From the NCBI GenBank assembly GCA_036734065.1, contig DAIMZG010000001.1, positions 1-45,664 of the forward strand: a stretch of 45,664 nucleotides of DNA, in the 5' to 3' direction. Positions within the stretch are counted from its first letter, which is position 1. Each line of letters starts with the position of its first letter. Below, in pieces: positions 17,778 through 28,006 of the stretch. The notes under the pieces were generated by a model. The model saw only the letters and a program-made list of their open reading frames with translations. It was not told the DNA's origin and made no database searches. This DNA comes from Catalimonadaceae bacterium. Its GTDB lineage: Bacteria > Bacteroidota > Bacteroidia > Cytophagales > Flexibacteraceae. The translations under genes and the position numbers were made by a program.

Positions 17778-17894
17778 TTATCCTTGTCTTTGTTTAAACT
17801 TAGGATTCTTCTTGTTGATCACGTAGAGCTTGCCTTTTCGGCGGATGATCTTGCAATCAACGCTACGTTTCTTCACAGATGCTCTGATTTTCAT
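17778..17894 (-). CDS. rpmJ: 50S ribosomal protein L36 (38 aa; absent from the ORF track)
   Basis: My translation of the minus strand gives [38 protein letters not shown], with ATG at 17894-17892 and TAA at 17780-17778, 3 nt upstream of rpsM. Confidence 0.93.
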   Translation of the reverse strand: MKIRASVKKRSVDCKIIRRKGKLYVINKKNPKFKQRQG

Positions 17895-17929
17895 CGCTAT
17901 CGTTTGGTTAGGCCGAAAAATCGGCACGT

Positions 17930-18148
17930 TTACTTATATCGGTACACTATACGTCCTTTACTCAGGTCGTAGGGAGACATTTCCAGTTTAACCCGGTCGC
18001 CGGGCAGAATCTTGATGTAGTTCATCCGCATCTTACCTGATATGTGGGCAATAAGCTGATGTCCGTTCTCCAGTTCTACCCGAAACATGGCGTTTGACAG
18101 TGCCTCTACAATCGTTCCGTCTTGCTCAATTGATGACTGCTTGGCCAT
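17930..18148 (-). CDS. infA: translation initiation factor IF-1
   Basis: [48 protein letters not shown]. Confidence 0.98.
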   Translation of the reverse strand: MAKQSSIEQDGTIVEALSNAMFRVELENGHQLIAHISGKMRMNYIKILPGDRVKLEMSPYDLSKGRIVYRYK

Positions 18149-18149
18149 A

Positions 18150-18932
18150 TCAAAAACTAAAAACTTCTTCTATGTAGGCAAAAGTAGTCAGTACATCTGC
18201 TTTGCCTTGGTTCATTGCTACCGTATGTTCGTAGTGCGCTGACGGCTTACGATCAGAAGTACGGATTGTCCATCCGTCTTTTTCTTGTACCACATTGCGC
18301 CGCCCCATATTTACCATTGGCTCAATGGCCAGCACGAGTCCGTCTTGCAACTTTACGCCCTTGCCACGCTTGCCGTAGTTGGGCACCTCAGGTGCTTCGT
18401 GAAGGTGCTGGCCGACACCATGACCAACCAGTTCCCGAACCACCGAAAAACCCGACTGCTCCACAAACTGCTGAATGCGAAAGCTCACATCACCAAGCCG
18501 ATTGCCAATCCGAAGGGCCTTAATTCCTTCCCACAACGAGTTTTTGGTCGTGCTGAGAAGCCTTTTTATTTCCTCGTTGACCTCACCTATTGGATAGGTG
18601 TAGGCCGAATCAGCGTGGAATCCGTGCTTATACACTCCGCAATCTATGGATACGATATCTCCTTCCTTCAGTTCATAAGGTCCAGGAAAGCCGTGCACCA
18701 CGTTTTCATTTACTGATATACACAACGATGCAGGAAACCCATTGTATCCCTTAAAGGACGGAGTGGCATCGTGGTCACGGATAAAAGCTTCCGCAACTTG
18801 GTCTAACACTTGCGTCTTGACACCGGGACGGATGAGGCGCGCGACTTCTCCGTGTACACGCCCCAGTAAATCTCCGTTACGGCGAATAATCTCAATTTCT
18901 TCGGCCGTTTTATATCTGATCTCCTTAGCCAT
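18150..18932 (-). CDS. map: type I methionine aminopeptidase
   Basis: [19 protein letters not shown] and HYEHTV metal-ligand motifs. The start overlaps the secY stop codon (ATGA). Confidence 0.96.
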   Translation of the reverse strand: MAKEIRYKTAEEIEIIRRNGDLLGRVHGEVARLIRPGVKTQVLDQVAEAFIRDHDATPSFKGYNGFPASLCISVNENVVHGFPGPYELKEGDIVSIDCGVYKHGFHADSAYTYPIGEVNEEIKRLLSTTKNSLWEGIKALRIGNRLGDVSFRIQQFVEQSGFSVVRELVGHGVGQHLHEAPEVPNYGKRGKGVKLQDGLVLAIEPMVNMGRRNVVQEKDGWTIRTSDRKPSAHYEHTVAMNQGKADVLTTFAYIEEVFSF

Positions 18933-20257
18933 CAGGACACAGGGGCTACTGCAATGTTGCGCGTACGGCCCTTCACACGGCTTGACTTCATCATGCCATC
19001 GTACTGCTTCATTTGCAGATAGCTTTCTACCTGCTGGAGGGTATCGAGAATTACTCCTACCATGATGAGCAGTGACGTACCGCCGTAGAACTGCGCAAAT
19101 TCTCGGCTCACGCCTGCCAGGCTTGCAAAGGCCGGTATCACGGCCACAATAGCCAAGAAAAATGCACCCGGCAACGTGATGCGATCCAAGATGGCTGAGA
19201 TAAAATTAGCCGTATCAGCCCCCGGCTTTACTCCCGGAATGAATCCACCGTTACGTTTCATGTCGTCTGCAATCTGATTAGGGTTGATCGTGATTGCAGT
19301 ATAAAAGAATGTGAAGACGATGATCAGTATAGCAAAAAGCAGATTGTACTGCCAAGTAGTGAAATCAGAAAATGTAGAACCCACGTACTGCGCCATCTCG
19401 CTGTCATTTGCCCAAATACCCGCCACAAGCGGCGGAACGAACATCAGCGACTGCGCGAAGATAATGGGCATTACGCCCGATGCGTTTACCTTGAGCGGCA
19501 AATACTGACGCTGGCCTCCGTACACTTTGTTGCCTACCACCTGCTTTGCATACTGTACAGGTATGCGTCGGACGGCCTGCGTGAGCGCCACTACGCCCAT
19601 TACCACGAAGAAAAGTACTACCAGCTCGAGAATGAAGATCAGGGCACCACCCATACCTCGCAACACGGCCTCCGAAAGGATTGCGCCGGGGAAGCGAGAG
19701 ATGATACCGATCATAATGAGCATGGAAATACCGTTCCCAATACCCTTGTCAGTTATGCGCTCACCCAGCCACATACAGAAAATTGTACCTGAGGTCAGGA
19801 TCACTACCGACGCGATCCGAAAGTAAACCGGATCAATCAAAATTGCTTCGGACGGAATTGTGGCCGTTATGTAGCCATACGCTTGGGGGATAGTAATAGC
19901 AATGGTCAACAAACGCGTCATCTGGTTGATCTTACGCCGCCCCGATTCTCCCTCTTTCTGTAATTTTTGGAAGTAGGGCACAGCCACCGTCAGCAATTGC
20001 AAGACAATGGAAGCAGATATGTAGGGCATAATGCCCAAGCCAAAGATAGAAGCATTGCTAAATGCCCCCCCCAGCAATGTATCGAGCACGCCAAAAACAC
20101 CCTCAGCTTGAGATTTTAGCTCATTCGGATTGATACCCGGCAACACCACAAAAGAACCTAACCGAAATATGGTCAGGAAAAACACAGTGTTGATAATCCG
20201 GGTTTTCAAGTCTTCGATTGAAAAAATATCCCGGAAAGTGCTGATGAGCTTCTTCAT
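18932..20257 (-). CDS. secY: preprotein translocase subunit SecY
   Basis: A 10-TM protein with LGIMPYISASIVLQLL and GGFIPGVKPG motifs. Confidence 0.98.
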   Translation of the reverse strand: MKKLISTFRDIFSIEDLKTRIINTVFFLTIFRLGSFVVLPGINPNELKSQAEGVFGVLDTLLGGAFSNASIFGLGIMPYISASIVLQLLTVAVPYFQKLQKEGESGRRKINQMTRLLTIAITIPQAYGYITATIPSEAILIDPVYFRIASVVILTSGTIFCMWLGERITDKGIGNGISMLIMIGIISRFPGAILSEAVLRGMGGALIFILELVVLFFVVMGVVALTQAVRRIPVQYAKQVVGNKVYGGQRQYLPLKVNASGVMPIIFAQSLMFVPPLVAGIWANDSEMAQYVGSTFSDFTTWQYNLLFAILIIVFTFFYTAITINPNQIADDMKRNGGFIPGVKPGADTANFISAILDRITLPGAFFLAIVAVIPAFASLAGVSREFAQFYGGTSLLIMVGVILDTLQQVESYLQMKQYDGMMKSSRVKGRTRNIAVAPVS

Positions 20258-20269
20258 GGTAATCGCGAT

Positions 20270-20716
20270 TTAAAGGGTCAAGGCTTGTCCGCCTGCTTTT
20301 TCAATAGCCTCTTTAGCAGAAGCTGAAAAAGCATGCACCTTAACCGAAATAGACTTGGAAAGATCACCACGTCCCAACACTTTTACCAAATCTTTCTTGT
20401 TGGCTAGCCCATGTTCCATCAAAAACTGGGTATCTACCATTTCAGTAGGCGCTGTTTCGAGGAGTGCCGCGATGGTATCCAAGTTGATAACTTTGTAAGA
20501 GACACGCGTGGGGTTTTTGAAACCGAATTTGGGTACGCGTCGCTGCAAGGGCATTTGACCGCCTTCAAAACCTAACTTTCGGCTGTAACCCGAACGGCTC
20601 TTGGCACCTTTGTGTCCGCGTGTGGCCGTACCGCCTCGACCTGACCCTTGGCCACGACCGACGCGCTTGCGGTTACGAACAGAACCCTCTGCGGGCCGAA
20701 GTGTGTGCAAATTCAT
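20270..20716 (-). CDS. rplO: 50S ribosomal protein L15
   Basis: RKRVGRGQGSGRGGTATRGHKG. Confidence 0.97.
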   Translation of the reverse strand: MNLHTLRPAEGSVRNRKRVGRGQGSGRGGTATRGHKGAKSRSGYSRKLGFEGGQMPLQRRVPKFGFKNPTRVSYKVINLDTIAALLETAPTEMVDTQFLMEHGLANKKDLVKVLGRGDLSKSISVKVHAFSASAKEAIEKAGGQALTL

Positions 20717-20898
20717 GATTCTAGCGGCGTTACAGTTACTAGGTGATCTACTTTACGGACCATACCGGCTACCGAAGGAGTGTATTCCACCTCAACACTT
20801 TTATTTATTTTTCCTAATCCCAACGCTACAATGTTGAGCTTTTGGTTTTTGGGGCGCTTGATAGTACTGCGCACTTGGGTAATTCTCACTCTTGCCAT
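20713..20898 (-). CDS. rpmD: 50S ribosomal protein L30
   Basis: VRITQVRSTIKRPKNQKLNIVALGLGKINKSVE. It overlaps the rplO start by 4 nt. Confidence 0.95.
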   Translation of the reverse strand: MARVRITQVRSTIKRPKNQKLNIVALGLGKINKSVEVEYTPSVAGMVRKVDHLVTVTPLES

Positions 20899-20904
20899 GT
20901 GCTT

Positions 20905-21420
20905 TTATCCATTAAATACTTGGGAAAGAGAAATACCGCGCCGCTTGGCGATGGCCTGAGGATCGCGCATTTTCTGCAAGGCGTCAAAGGTAGCTTTTAC
21001 TACGTTGTGCGGATTGGAAGAACCTTTTGACTTGGCCAGTACGTCGCGGATGCCTGCGCTCTCGAATACAGCCCGCATAGCACCGCCGGCGATCACACCC
21101 GTACCAGGGGAGGCTGGCTTAAGCAGCACAAATCCACCACCAAATTTGCCGTACATTTCGTGCGGCACCGTACCCTTGAAGACTGGAACCTTAATAAGGT
21201 TTTTCTTGGCATCGTCTACGCCCTTGGTGATGGCGTCTGTGACCTCGTTGGCCTTACCTAGCCCGTAGCCAACTACGCCATTACCGTCACCTACCACCAC
21301 AATGGCAGAAAAGCTAAAGCGGCGTCCGCCTTTCACTACTTTGGCTACGCGATTGATGGAGACTACTTTCTCCTTGAGGTCAATTTCGCTGGCCTTAACT
21401 GTTTTTATGTGCTGCGACAT
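20905..21420 (-). CDS. rpsE: 30S ribosomal protein S5
   Basis: [36 protein letters not shown]. The ATG at 21420 avoids overlap with rplR. Confidence 0.97.
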   Translation of the reverse strand: MSQHIKTVKASEIDLKEKVVSINRVAKVVKGGRRFSFSAIVVVGDGNGVVGYGLGKANEVTDAITKGVDDAKKNLIKVPVFKGTVPHEMYGKFGGGFVLLKPASPGTGVIAGGAMRAVFESAGIRDVLAKSKGSSNPHNVVKATFDALQKMRDPQAIAKRRGISLSQVFNG

Positions 21421-21427
21421 AGTCTGA

Positions 21428-21778
21428 TTAGAATTTAAGTCCGCCTTCGCGCGCACCTTCTGCCAATGCTTTTACGCGACCGTGATAAAGATATCCACCC
21501 CGGTCGAACACCACAGCGGTAATGCCTTGCGCAATGGCCAACTCAGCAACTTTCTTGCCGATCCGATGAGCCACTTCCGTTTTGGTACCTGACTTGTCTT
21601 CCAGTTGATGAGCCGAAGCGCTGGTCAGGGTTTTACCCTGCACATCATCAATAAGCTGGGCATACACAAATTTATTGCTGCGAAAAACAGACAGGCGAGG
21701 GCGTTCAACTGTGCCGCTAAGGCGCTTACGGATTGCGTAGCGAATACGTCGCCTTCTGAGTACTTTCTTAGTTGACAT
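21428..21778 (-). CDS. rplR: 50S ribosomal protein L18
   Basis: [48 protein letters not shown]. The ATG at 21778 was chosen. Confidence 0.97.
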   Translation of the reverse strand: MSTKKVLRRRRIRYAIRKRLSGTVERPRLSVFRSNKFVYAQLIDDVQGKTLTSASAHQLEDKSGTKTEVAHRIGKKVAELAIAQGITAVVFDRGGYLYHGRVKALAEGAREGGLKF

Positions 21779-21788
21779 ACTACTTAGA

Positions 21789-22343
21789 TTATTTGGCCGA
21801 AGTTTTACCCGCTTTACGACGAACCTGTTCACCCACAAAGCGAACACCTTTGCCCTTGTAGGGCTCTACTTTCCGGAAAGAACGAATCTTGGCAGCCACT
21901 TGGCCCACCAGTTGCTTATCAATTCCTTCTACGGTAATCGTCGGAGGCTTGCCTTTTAACGTCTCGGCTGAAATACTTACTTCTTTCGGAAAGACCAGGG
22001 CAATACCGTGCGAGTAACCCAAACTGAGTTCGAGCATCTGACCCGACACAGCGGCCTTGTAACCTACTCCAATCAGTTCCATCTGCAACTTATAGCCTTC
22101 CGTAACACCCGTAATCATGTTATTAATCAGCGTACGGTACAAACCGTGCATTGCTTTGTGACGCTTTTGTTCGGTGGGACGCACTAAAGTCACCTTCCCG
22201 TCTTCAAGCTTCACCTCAATGTCGGTATCTACTTTTTGGGTGAGCGTACCTTTGGGGCCTTTCACCTCCACTACGTTGCTACCGTTTACCTTTACTTCGA
22301 TACCTTTCGGCAGCTCAATGGGTTTCTTTCCGATCCTTGACAT
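21789..22343 (-). CDS. rplF: 50S ribosomal protein L6
   Basis: [35 protein letters not shown]. Confidence 0.97.
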   Translation of the reverse strand: MSRIGKKPIELPKGIEVKVNGSNVVEVKGPKGTLTQKVDTDIEVKLEDGKVTLVRPTEQKRHKAMHGLYRTLINNMITGVTEGYKLQMELIGVGYKAAVSGQMLELSLGYSHGIALVFPKEVSISAETLKGKPPTITVEGIDKQLVGQVAAKIRSFRKVEPYKGKGVRFVGEQVRRKAGKTSAK

Positions 22344-22353
22344 GATATCCTCC

Positions 22354-22752
22354 TTAGTACACGTAGCAAAGTACTTCACCGCCAACACCTTGTGTCCGGG
22401 CTTCCTTATCTGTCATCACACCGCGCGATGTAGAAAGAATGGCGATGCCCAGTCCGTTGAGCACCCGTGGGATACGATCAGCACCCGCATACTTGCGTAA
22501 GCCGGGCTTACTAACACGCACCAAATTCACAATGGCAGACTCTTTCGACTGCGGATTGTATTTCAGGGCGATCTTGATGGTCTGGAAAGGCTGCTTGTCC
22601 TCAAACTTGTAGTTTTGGATATAGCCTTTTTCGTATAGCACTTGAGTAAGTGCCTTCTTTACATTAGACGCCGGTATCTCCACAATGCGATGATTGGCCC
22701 GCACAGCGTTCCGAATCCGGGTGAGATAATCAGCGATAGGGTCCGTATTCAT
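22354..22752 (-). CDS. rpsH: 30S ribosomal protein S8
   Basis: [38 protein letters not shown]. Confidence 0.98.
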   Translation of the reverse strand: MNTDPIADYLTRIRNAVRANHRIVEIPASNVKKALTQVLYEKGYIQNYKFEDKQPFQTIKIALKYNPQSKESAIVNLVRVSKPGLRKYAGADRIPRVLNGLGIAILSTSRGVMTDKEARTQGVGGEVLCYVY

Positions 22753-22802
22753 AATTAGGTAAAGCCTTTATAGTCTCAGCCCTTCAAAGGGAAACAGGGG
22801 CG

Positions 22803-22829
22803 CAAAGATAGAAATTTATTACTTAGCAA
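22803..22829 (-). promoter_or_regulatory. promoter-like motif in the rpsN-rpsH spacer (TTG-N16-TATCTTTG)
   Basis: On the minus strand, TATCTTTG is at 22810-22803 and TTG at 22829-27. The spacer is 16 nt, not the 20 nt seen at the other promoters. Confidence 0.3.
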
Positions 22830-22838
22830 AAAAGCTGA

Positions 22839-23108
22839 TTACCAGCTCGACTTGGTGACACCAGGAATTTTTCCGGATGAGGCCATATCGCGGAATACTA
22901 CCCGCGAAATGCCAAATTTACGCATGTATCCCCGGGGGCGGCCTGTCAGCCGACACCGATTGTGCAAGCGTACTGGTGAAGCATTGCGGGGCAGTTTGTC
23001 GAGTCCTTCGTAGTCGCCAGCCGCTTTGAGGGCGGCACGCTTGTCAGCGTATCGGGCTACTAACCGGGCGCGCTTACGTTCACGCGCTTTTACTGATTCC
23101 TTCGCCAT
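22839..23108 (-). CDS. rpsN: 30S ribosomal protein S14 (long, zinc-independent form)
   Basis: [40 protein letters not shown]. No CxxC pairs are present. ATG at 23108. Confidence 0.97.
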   Translation of the reverse strand: MAKESVKARERKRARLVARYADKRAALKAAGDYEGLDKLPRNASPVRLHNRCRLTGRPRGYMRKFGISRVVFRDMASSGKIPGVTKSSW

Positions 23109-23109
23109 G

Positions 23110-23676
23110 TTAGTTAGTTTCTTCTTTTTTCTGATTAGCAAACGGCATTCCGAGCGCCTTGAGCAATTCGAGGCTCTCTTCGTCGGTTTCGGCGTTGGTC
23201 GTGATGGTGATGCTCATACCCGATATCTTATTGACTTTTTCAATGCTGATTTCGGGAAAAATGATCTGCTCACGCACACCCAAGGTGTAGTTGCCGCGTC
23301 CGTCGAAGCCTTTGTCACTTACGCCTTTGAAGTCGCGCACGCGCGGTAGCGCGATGCTCATCAGGCGATCCATAAACTCGTACATACGCTCACCCCGCAG
23401 GGTCACGCGCGCACCAATGGGCATACCTTCGCGCAACTTAAAGTTCGATATTGCCTTACGGGCAATGGTAGCAATGGCCCGCTGACCCGTGATAAGCGTA
23501 AGCTCTTCTACGCCTGTGTCCACCAGTTTTTTATCAGATACAGCGGCACCAATGCCTTTATTAACCACGATTTTGGTTACGCGTGGCACCTGCATTACGG
23601 ACTTATACTGGAACTTCTGCTGAAGAACCGGCACAATTTCGTTCTGATACTTAGTCTTTAGTCTCGGAGTAGCCAT
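23110..23676 (-). CDS. rplE: 50S ribosomal protein L5
   Basis: [46 protein letters not shown] at 23676. Confidence 0.97.
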   Translation of the reverse strand: MATPRLKTKYQNEIVPVLQQKFQYKSVMQVPRVTKIVVNKGIGAAVSDKKLVDTGVEELTLITGQRAIATIARKAISNFKLREGMPIGARVTLRGERMYEFMDRLMSIALPRVRDFKGVSDKGFDGRGNYTLGVREQIIFPEISIEKVNKISGMSITITTNAETDEESLELLKALGMPFANQKKEETN

Positions 23677-23680
23677 GATC

Positions 23681-24028
23681 TTATTGGATGAATTCACCCG
23701 TCTTTTTCGAATACCGTTGCAACTTGCCTTCGGTATTGGCTTTGCGGCCAATACGGGTAGGTTCACTTGTAGATGAATCTACCAACATCAAATTGCTGAT
23801 GTGGATGCTAGATTCTTTCTCGATGATGCCTCCCTGGGGATTTTTAGCGCTGGGCTTGGTATGACGCTTTACGATGTTGACACCTTCTACGATAGCCCGG
23901 TAGTTTACACGGTCTATTGAAAGTACAGTACCGATCTTGCCTCGGGCATTGCCAGACAACACCTTCACCGTATCTCCCGACTTTACGTGAAACTTAAAAT
24001 CGTATTTTTTCTTATCTACCTTTATCAT
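23681..24028 (-). CDS. rplX: 50S ribosomal protein L24
   Basis: KOW motif [18 protein letters not shown] plus [10 protein letters not shown]. Confidence 0.96.
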   Translation of the reverse strand: MIKVDKKKYDFKFHVKSGDTVKVLSGNARGKIGTVLSIDRVNYRAIVEGVNIVKRHTKPSAKNPQGGIIEKESSIHISNLMLVDSSTSEPTRIGRKANTEGKLQRYSKKTGEFIQ

Positions 24029-24030
24029 GA

Positions 24031-24399
24031 CTAGAGTACTTCGGGGGCGAGCGACACAATCTTCATAAACTGCTTTTCGCGCAGTTCACGGGCTACTGGG
24101 CCGAAAATGCGTGTGCCCCGGGGTTCGTCATTATTATTAAGCAATACGGCGGCATTGTCTTCAAAGCGAATATAAGAGCCATCACGACGCCGAATTTCTT
24201 TCTTAGTGCGCACTACTACGGCCTTCGAGACCGTACCTTTCTTCATGCTGCTGGAAGAAAGTGCCGACTTAACCGTCACGACGATTTTATCTCCTATGGA
24301 AGCATAACGCTTGCCCGTACCACCCAATACACGGATCACGAGGACTTCCTTCGCGCCGCTGTTGTCGGCTACCGATAATCTTGATTCTTGCTGTAACAT
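24031..24399 (-). CDS. rplN: 50S ribosomal protein L14
   Basis: [38 protein letters not shown]. Confidence 0.98.
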   Translation of the reverse strand: MLQQESRLSVADNSGAKEVLVIRVLGGTGKRYASIGDKIVVTVKSALSSSSMKKGTVSKAVVVRTKKEIRRRDGSYIRFEDNAAVLLNNNDEPRGTRIFGPVARELREKQFMKIVSLAPEVL

Positions 24400-24400
24400 A

Positions 24401-24727
24401 TCAGATAGCTTTTTCGATAATTTGCACTAAACGCCAACGTTTGAGCTTGCTCAATGGACGCGTCTCAGCGATACGCACCAGGTCGCCTTCATTGGCAGCC
24501 TGCTCCTCGTCGTGAGCCATAAACTTCGAGGTCTTGCTAATGAATTTGCCGTAGATGGGGTGCTTCTCGCGACGCTCCACAACCACCGTGATAGATTTTT
24601 GCATCTTATTGCTCACCACGCGACCTACCCGTTCTTTACGGGCATTGCGGACGAGCTTGTTTTCAACCGATGGCGTTGCTTCCGACGTAGCGGGAGTCGC
24701 CTGTTCGGGCTGCTGTTGCTCTTCCAT
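24401..24727 (-). CDS. rpsQ: 30S ribosomal protein S17 (with acidic/Gln-rich N-terminal extension of about 22 aa)
   Basis: Core is [36 protein letters not shown]. The only start codon upstream of the core is ATG 24727-24725, which shares one base with the rpmC stop (TAATG). Confidence 0.95.
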   Translation of the reverse strand: MEEQQQPEQATPATSEATPSVENKLVRNARKERVGRVVSNKMQKSITVVVERREKHPIYGKFISKTSKFMAHDEEQAANEGDLVRIAETRPLSKLKRWRLVQIIEKAI

Positions 24728-24921
24728 TATTGGGTTTGCTGCTTTTGGTGAATAATTGTATTAATCCGGGCAATGGCCTTACGGGTATGGCGCATGCGCA
24801 TCGGATTTTCGAGGGGCGACACGGCGTGCGCAAAGCGCAAGCGCTTTAGCGTTTCTTTTTCGCCCTGCAACTGCTCCCGCAGTTCCTCTAAGCTGAGTTC
24901 TTTTAGTTCTGCTGCTTTCAT
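24727..24921 (-). CDS. rpmC: 50S ribosomal protein L29
   Basis: [21 protein letters not shown]. The ATG at 24921 lies 2 nt after the rplP stop. The track ORF starts two codons earlier at a TTG. Confidence 0.95.
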   Translation of the reverse strand: MKAAELKELSLEELREQLQGEKETLKRLRFAHAVSPLENPMRMRHTRKAIARINTIIHQKQQTQ

Positions 24922-24923
24922 AA

Positions 24924-25346
24924 TCAATTCGGGTCGTAGTCGCGGCGGACAACAAATTTGGTGCGTACCGGCAATTTCTGGGCTGCCAGGCGCAATGCCT
25001 CTTCGGCAATCTCCAGACTCACTCCTCCCGCCTCAAACATAATCGTACCGGGCTTGACGGTGGCCACCCAGTATTCGGGTGCGCCTTTACCTTTACCCAT
25101 CCGCACTTCAGCAGGCTTTTTGGTGATAGGCTTGTCCGGGAAAATACGTACCCATACTTGGCCTTCGCGCTTCATGGCACGCGTAACGGCAATACGGGAA
25201 GCTTCTATCTGACGGGATGTAATCCAGCCGGGTTCAAGAGACTTGATGGCAAATGAGCCAAAGACGACTTCGGAGCCACGGTGCGCGATACCGCGCACGC
25301 GGCCTTTCTGCATCTTTCGGAATTTGGTTCTTTTTGGCTGTAGCAT
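24924..25346 (-). CDS. rplP: 50S ribosomal protein L16
   Basis: [30 protein letters not shown]. Confidence 0.98.
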   Translation of the reverse strand: MLQPKRTKFRKMQKGRVRGIAHRGSEVVFGSFAIKSLEPGWITSRQIEASRIAVTRAMKREGQVWVRIFPDKPITKKPAEVRMGKGKGAPEYWVATVKPGTIMFEAGGVSLEIAEEALRLAAQKLPVRTKFVVRRDYDPN

Positions 25347-25364
25347 GAGAATAGCTATTTATAA

Positions 25365-26147
25365 TTAAGCGTTACGCGGACGCGGTGGCTTACGGCGACG
25401 CTGACGATCATCGCCCCCGCCGCGCTCATTGCGGTCGCTGCGCTCTCCGCGCTCGCCACGACGGCGACGCGCACCCGGCGCCTCGGCGGTAGTAAGGTCA
25501 GCATTGGGCGAAAGATCTTTCTTACCCAGCACTTCACCCTTGAATACCCATACCTTGATACCAATTTTACCATATACAGTCTGAGCTTCTGACACAGCGT
25601 AATCAATGTCAGCCCGCAAGGTGTGCAAAGGCGTCCGACCTTCTTTATACATTTCTGTACGGGCCATTTCAGCACCCCCTAGTCGGCCTGAGCATTTCAC
25701 TTTGATGCCTTGTGCACCCACACGCATGGCCGAGGCGATGGCCTGTTTCATAGCGCGTCGGAAAGAGATACGAGCAGCCAATTGCTGCGCTACAGATTCA
25801 CCAATCAATTTGGCGTCCAGCTCTGGGCGTTTGATCTCGAAAATATTGATCTGAACGTCCTTATTTGTGAGCTTTTTGATCTCTTCTTTGAGCTTATCTA
25901 CTTCAGCTCCGCCTTTTCCAATCACCACTCCGGGCCGGGCCGTGTTGATAGTGAGCGTAATGCGCTTGATGGTGCGCTCGATAATCACCTTCGATATACC
26001 GCCTTTAGGAATCCGTGCTTTTACGTACTTACGGATCTTTTCGTCCTCTACCAGTTTGTCGGCCGTTGTACGACCGCCATACCAGTTCGAGTCCCAGCCC
26101 TTGACGATACCCAACCGGAGGCCCACTGGATTAACTTTCTGTCCCAT
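25365..26147 (-). CDS. rpsC: 30S ribosomal protein S3 (with Arg-rich C-terminal tail)
   Basis: [14 protein letters not shown].. with KH domain [14 protein letters not shown] and [10 protein letters not shown]. Confidence 0.98.
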   Translation of the reverse strand: MGQKVNPVGLRLGIVKGWDSNWYGGRTTADKLVEDEKIRKYVKARIPKGGISKVIIERTIKRITLTINTARPGVVIGKGGAEVDKLKEEIKKLTNKDVQINIFEIKRPELDAKLIGESVAQQLAARISFRRAMKQAIASAMRVGAQGIKVKCSGRLGGAEMARTEMYKEGRTPLHTLRADIDYAVSEAQTVYGKIGIKVWVFKGEVLGKKDLSPNADLTTAEAPGARRRRGERGERSDRNERGGGDDRQRRRKPPRPRNA

Positions 26148-26151
26148 ATCT

Positions 26152-26574
26152 CTATTGAGCCGCGACGGCTTGCGTCGGTTGTGCGGCAGTTTTTTCGGTT
26201 TCTACTACTTGATCGTCATCGTTGCTTTTTCCCAATTGATCGCCAATGACGATGGTCACGTGGTTGGAACGCTTACGAATGCGGTGCGCCCGCCCCTGCG
26301 GTGCCGGCCGGATACGTTTGAGGATGCGGCCACCATCTACGCAAATGGCTTTGACAAACAACCCAGCCTCTTCAATTTTCTCGTCCGGATTTTTTTCCTG
26401 CCAGTTGGCGATGGCTGACAAGAGCAGTTTTTCCAACTTCTCGGCACCTGCACGCGGCTCAAACTTGAGCATAGCCAGTGCGTGACTCACTTTCTTATTC
26501 CGGATCAGATCAGCCACCATCCGCATCTTTCGGGGGGATGACTGGTCGTTCCGCAGTTTGGCGATTGCTTCCAT
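26152..26574 (-). CDS. rplV: 50S ribosomal protein L22
   Basis: [47 protein letters not shown]. Confidence 0.97.
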   Translation of the reverse strand: MEAIAKLRNDQSSPRKMRMVADLIRNKKVSHALAMLKFEPRAGAEKLEKLLLSAIANWQEKNPDEKIEEAGLFVKAICVDGGRILKRIRPAPQGRAHRIRKRSNHVTIVIGDQLGKSNDDDQVVETEKTAAQPTQAVAAQ

Positions 26575-26607
26575 AGTATCGGGGTTAGCCTCAGCGCGGG
26601 GGCTGAT

Positions 26608-26883
26608 CTATCGTTTTCTATCTTTTTTATTGACGTGACCGCGGAAATTGCGCGTGGGTGCAAACTCGCCCAGCTTATGACCAACCATATTCTCCGTCAC
26701 ATACACCGGAATAAATTTATTGCCGTTGTGTACGGCAAAGGTGTGGCCAACAAAATCAGGAGACACCATTGAGCGACGCGACCAGGTCTTGACTACGGTT
26801 TTTTTGCCGACTTCATTCATCGCATCCACCTTTTTGGCCAGGCGGTAATCAATGTAAGGGCCTTTCTTGAGCGAACGTGCCAT
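26608..26883 (-). CDS. rpsS: 30S ribosomal protein S19
   Basis: [45 protein letters not shown]. Confidence 0.98.
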   Translation of the reverse strand: MARSLKKGPYIDYRLAKKVDAMNEVGKKTVVKTWSRRSMVSPDFVGHTFAVHNGNKFIPVYVTENMVGHKLGEFAPTRNFRGHVNKKDRKR

Positions 26884-27707
26884 TATTTCTTCCTTCTGCT
26901 GATGATATACTTACTAGAGTTCTTGTTGCGATCGCGCGTTTTCTTGCCTTTGGCCAGTACGCCCGTACGCGAACGTGGGTGCCCACCCGAGGCGCGGCCT
27001 TCGCCACCTCCCATCGGGTGATCTACCGGGTTCATCGCTACGCCCCGAACGCGCGGCCGACGTCCCAGCCAGCGTTTGCGTCCTGCCTTGCCGATACTTA
27101 CGTTCATGTGGTCGCCATTGGAGACAGTACCCACTGTTGCCAGACAACGCGAAAGCACCATACGCATCTCGCTCGAAGGCATTTTCAGCGTCGAGTAGCG
27201 CTCATCGCGAGCTACCAACTGCGCATATGCGCCCGCACTGCGGGCCATCACCCCTCCTTTGCCCGGAGCCAACTCAATATTGTGAACAATTGTACCAAGC
27301 GGAATATCCGATAGCGGCAGGGTGTTACCCAACTCGGGGGCAATGCCCGTTCCGGACATGATAATTTGGCCCACAGCCAGACCGGCGGGAGCAATTATGT
27401 ACCGCTTTTCTCCATCTTCGTACTGTACCAGCGCGATCCGGGCCGTGCGGTTAGGATCGTATTCGATGGTAGCCACGGTAGCAGGCATATTAAATTTGTC
27501 GCGCTTGAAATCAATAATGCGGTACCGACGTTTGTGGCCACCGCCGCGCTGGCGGACCGTAAGGCGACCTTGGCTATTACGACCGCCCGATTTCTTGAGC
27601 GGCGCCAGCAAAGAGCGCTGTGGCTTGTCAGTAGTGATTTCGTCAAATGAAGGCCCTACGCGGAAGCGCTGTCCCGGCGTAGTAGGCCGTAGTTTCTTGA
27701 GTGCCAT
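26883..27707 (-). CDS. rplB: 50S ribosomal protein L2
   Basis: [44 protein letters not shown]. Confidence 0.98.
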   Translation of the reverse strand: MALKKLRPTTPGQRFRVGPSFDEITTDKPQRSLLAPLKKSGGRNSQGRLTVRQRGGGHKRRYRIIDFKRDKFNMPATVATIEYDPNRTARIALVQYEDGEKRYIIAPAGLAVGQIIMSGTGIAPELGNTLPLSDIPLGTIVHNIELAPGKGGVMARSAGAYAQLVARDERYSTLKMPSSEMRMVLSRCLATVGTVSNGDHMNVSIGKAGRKRWLGRRPRVRGVAMNPVDHPMGGGEGRASGGHPRSRTGVLAKGKKTRDRNKNSSKYIISRRKK

Positions 27708-27716
27708 GCGAGTACC

Positions 27717-28004
27717 TTAGATATTGCTGTAAAGGTCGATAAATTCTCCTTGCGCTACCGTAACGAGCGCCTTCTTGTACGAGCGCGTACGGCCCGTTAC
27801 CACACCGCGCTTAGTGAAGCGGGTCTTCACTTTTCCGCGAACGTTCATCGTGCGTACATGGTCAACATTGACACCGTACATTTGCTCGACTGCTTTTTTT
27901 ATTTCCACCTTGTTGGCGCGCTTGTCTACCACAAAGCCATAGACCCCCTGCTCGTGAAGCTGGGTGATCTTTTCAGTAACGATAGGTTTGATCAGTACAT
28001 CCAT
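27717..28004 (-). CDS. rplW: 50S ribosomal protein L23
   Basis: LIKPIVTEK..FVVDKRANKVEIKKAVEQMYGV. Confidence 0.96.
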   Translation of the reverse strand: MDVLIKPIVTEKITQLHEQGVYGFVVDKRANKVEIKKAVEQMYGVNVDHVRTMNVRGKVKTRFTKRGVVTGRTRSYKKALVTVAQGEFIDLYSNI

Positions 28005-28006
28005 GA

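Noticed and set aside
17895-17929. A small hairpin gccga-aaaa-tcggc between infA and rpmJ.
   Set aside because: It has a 5-bp stem and no U-run, and it sits inside an obviously co-transcribed block. It is not distinguishable from chance.
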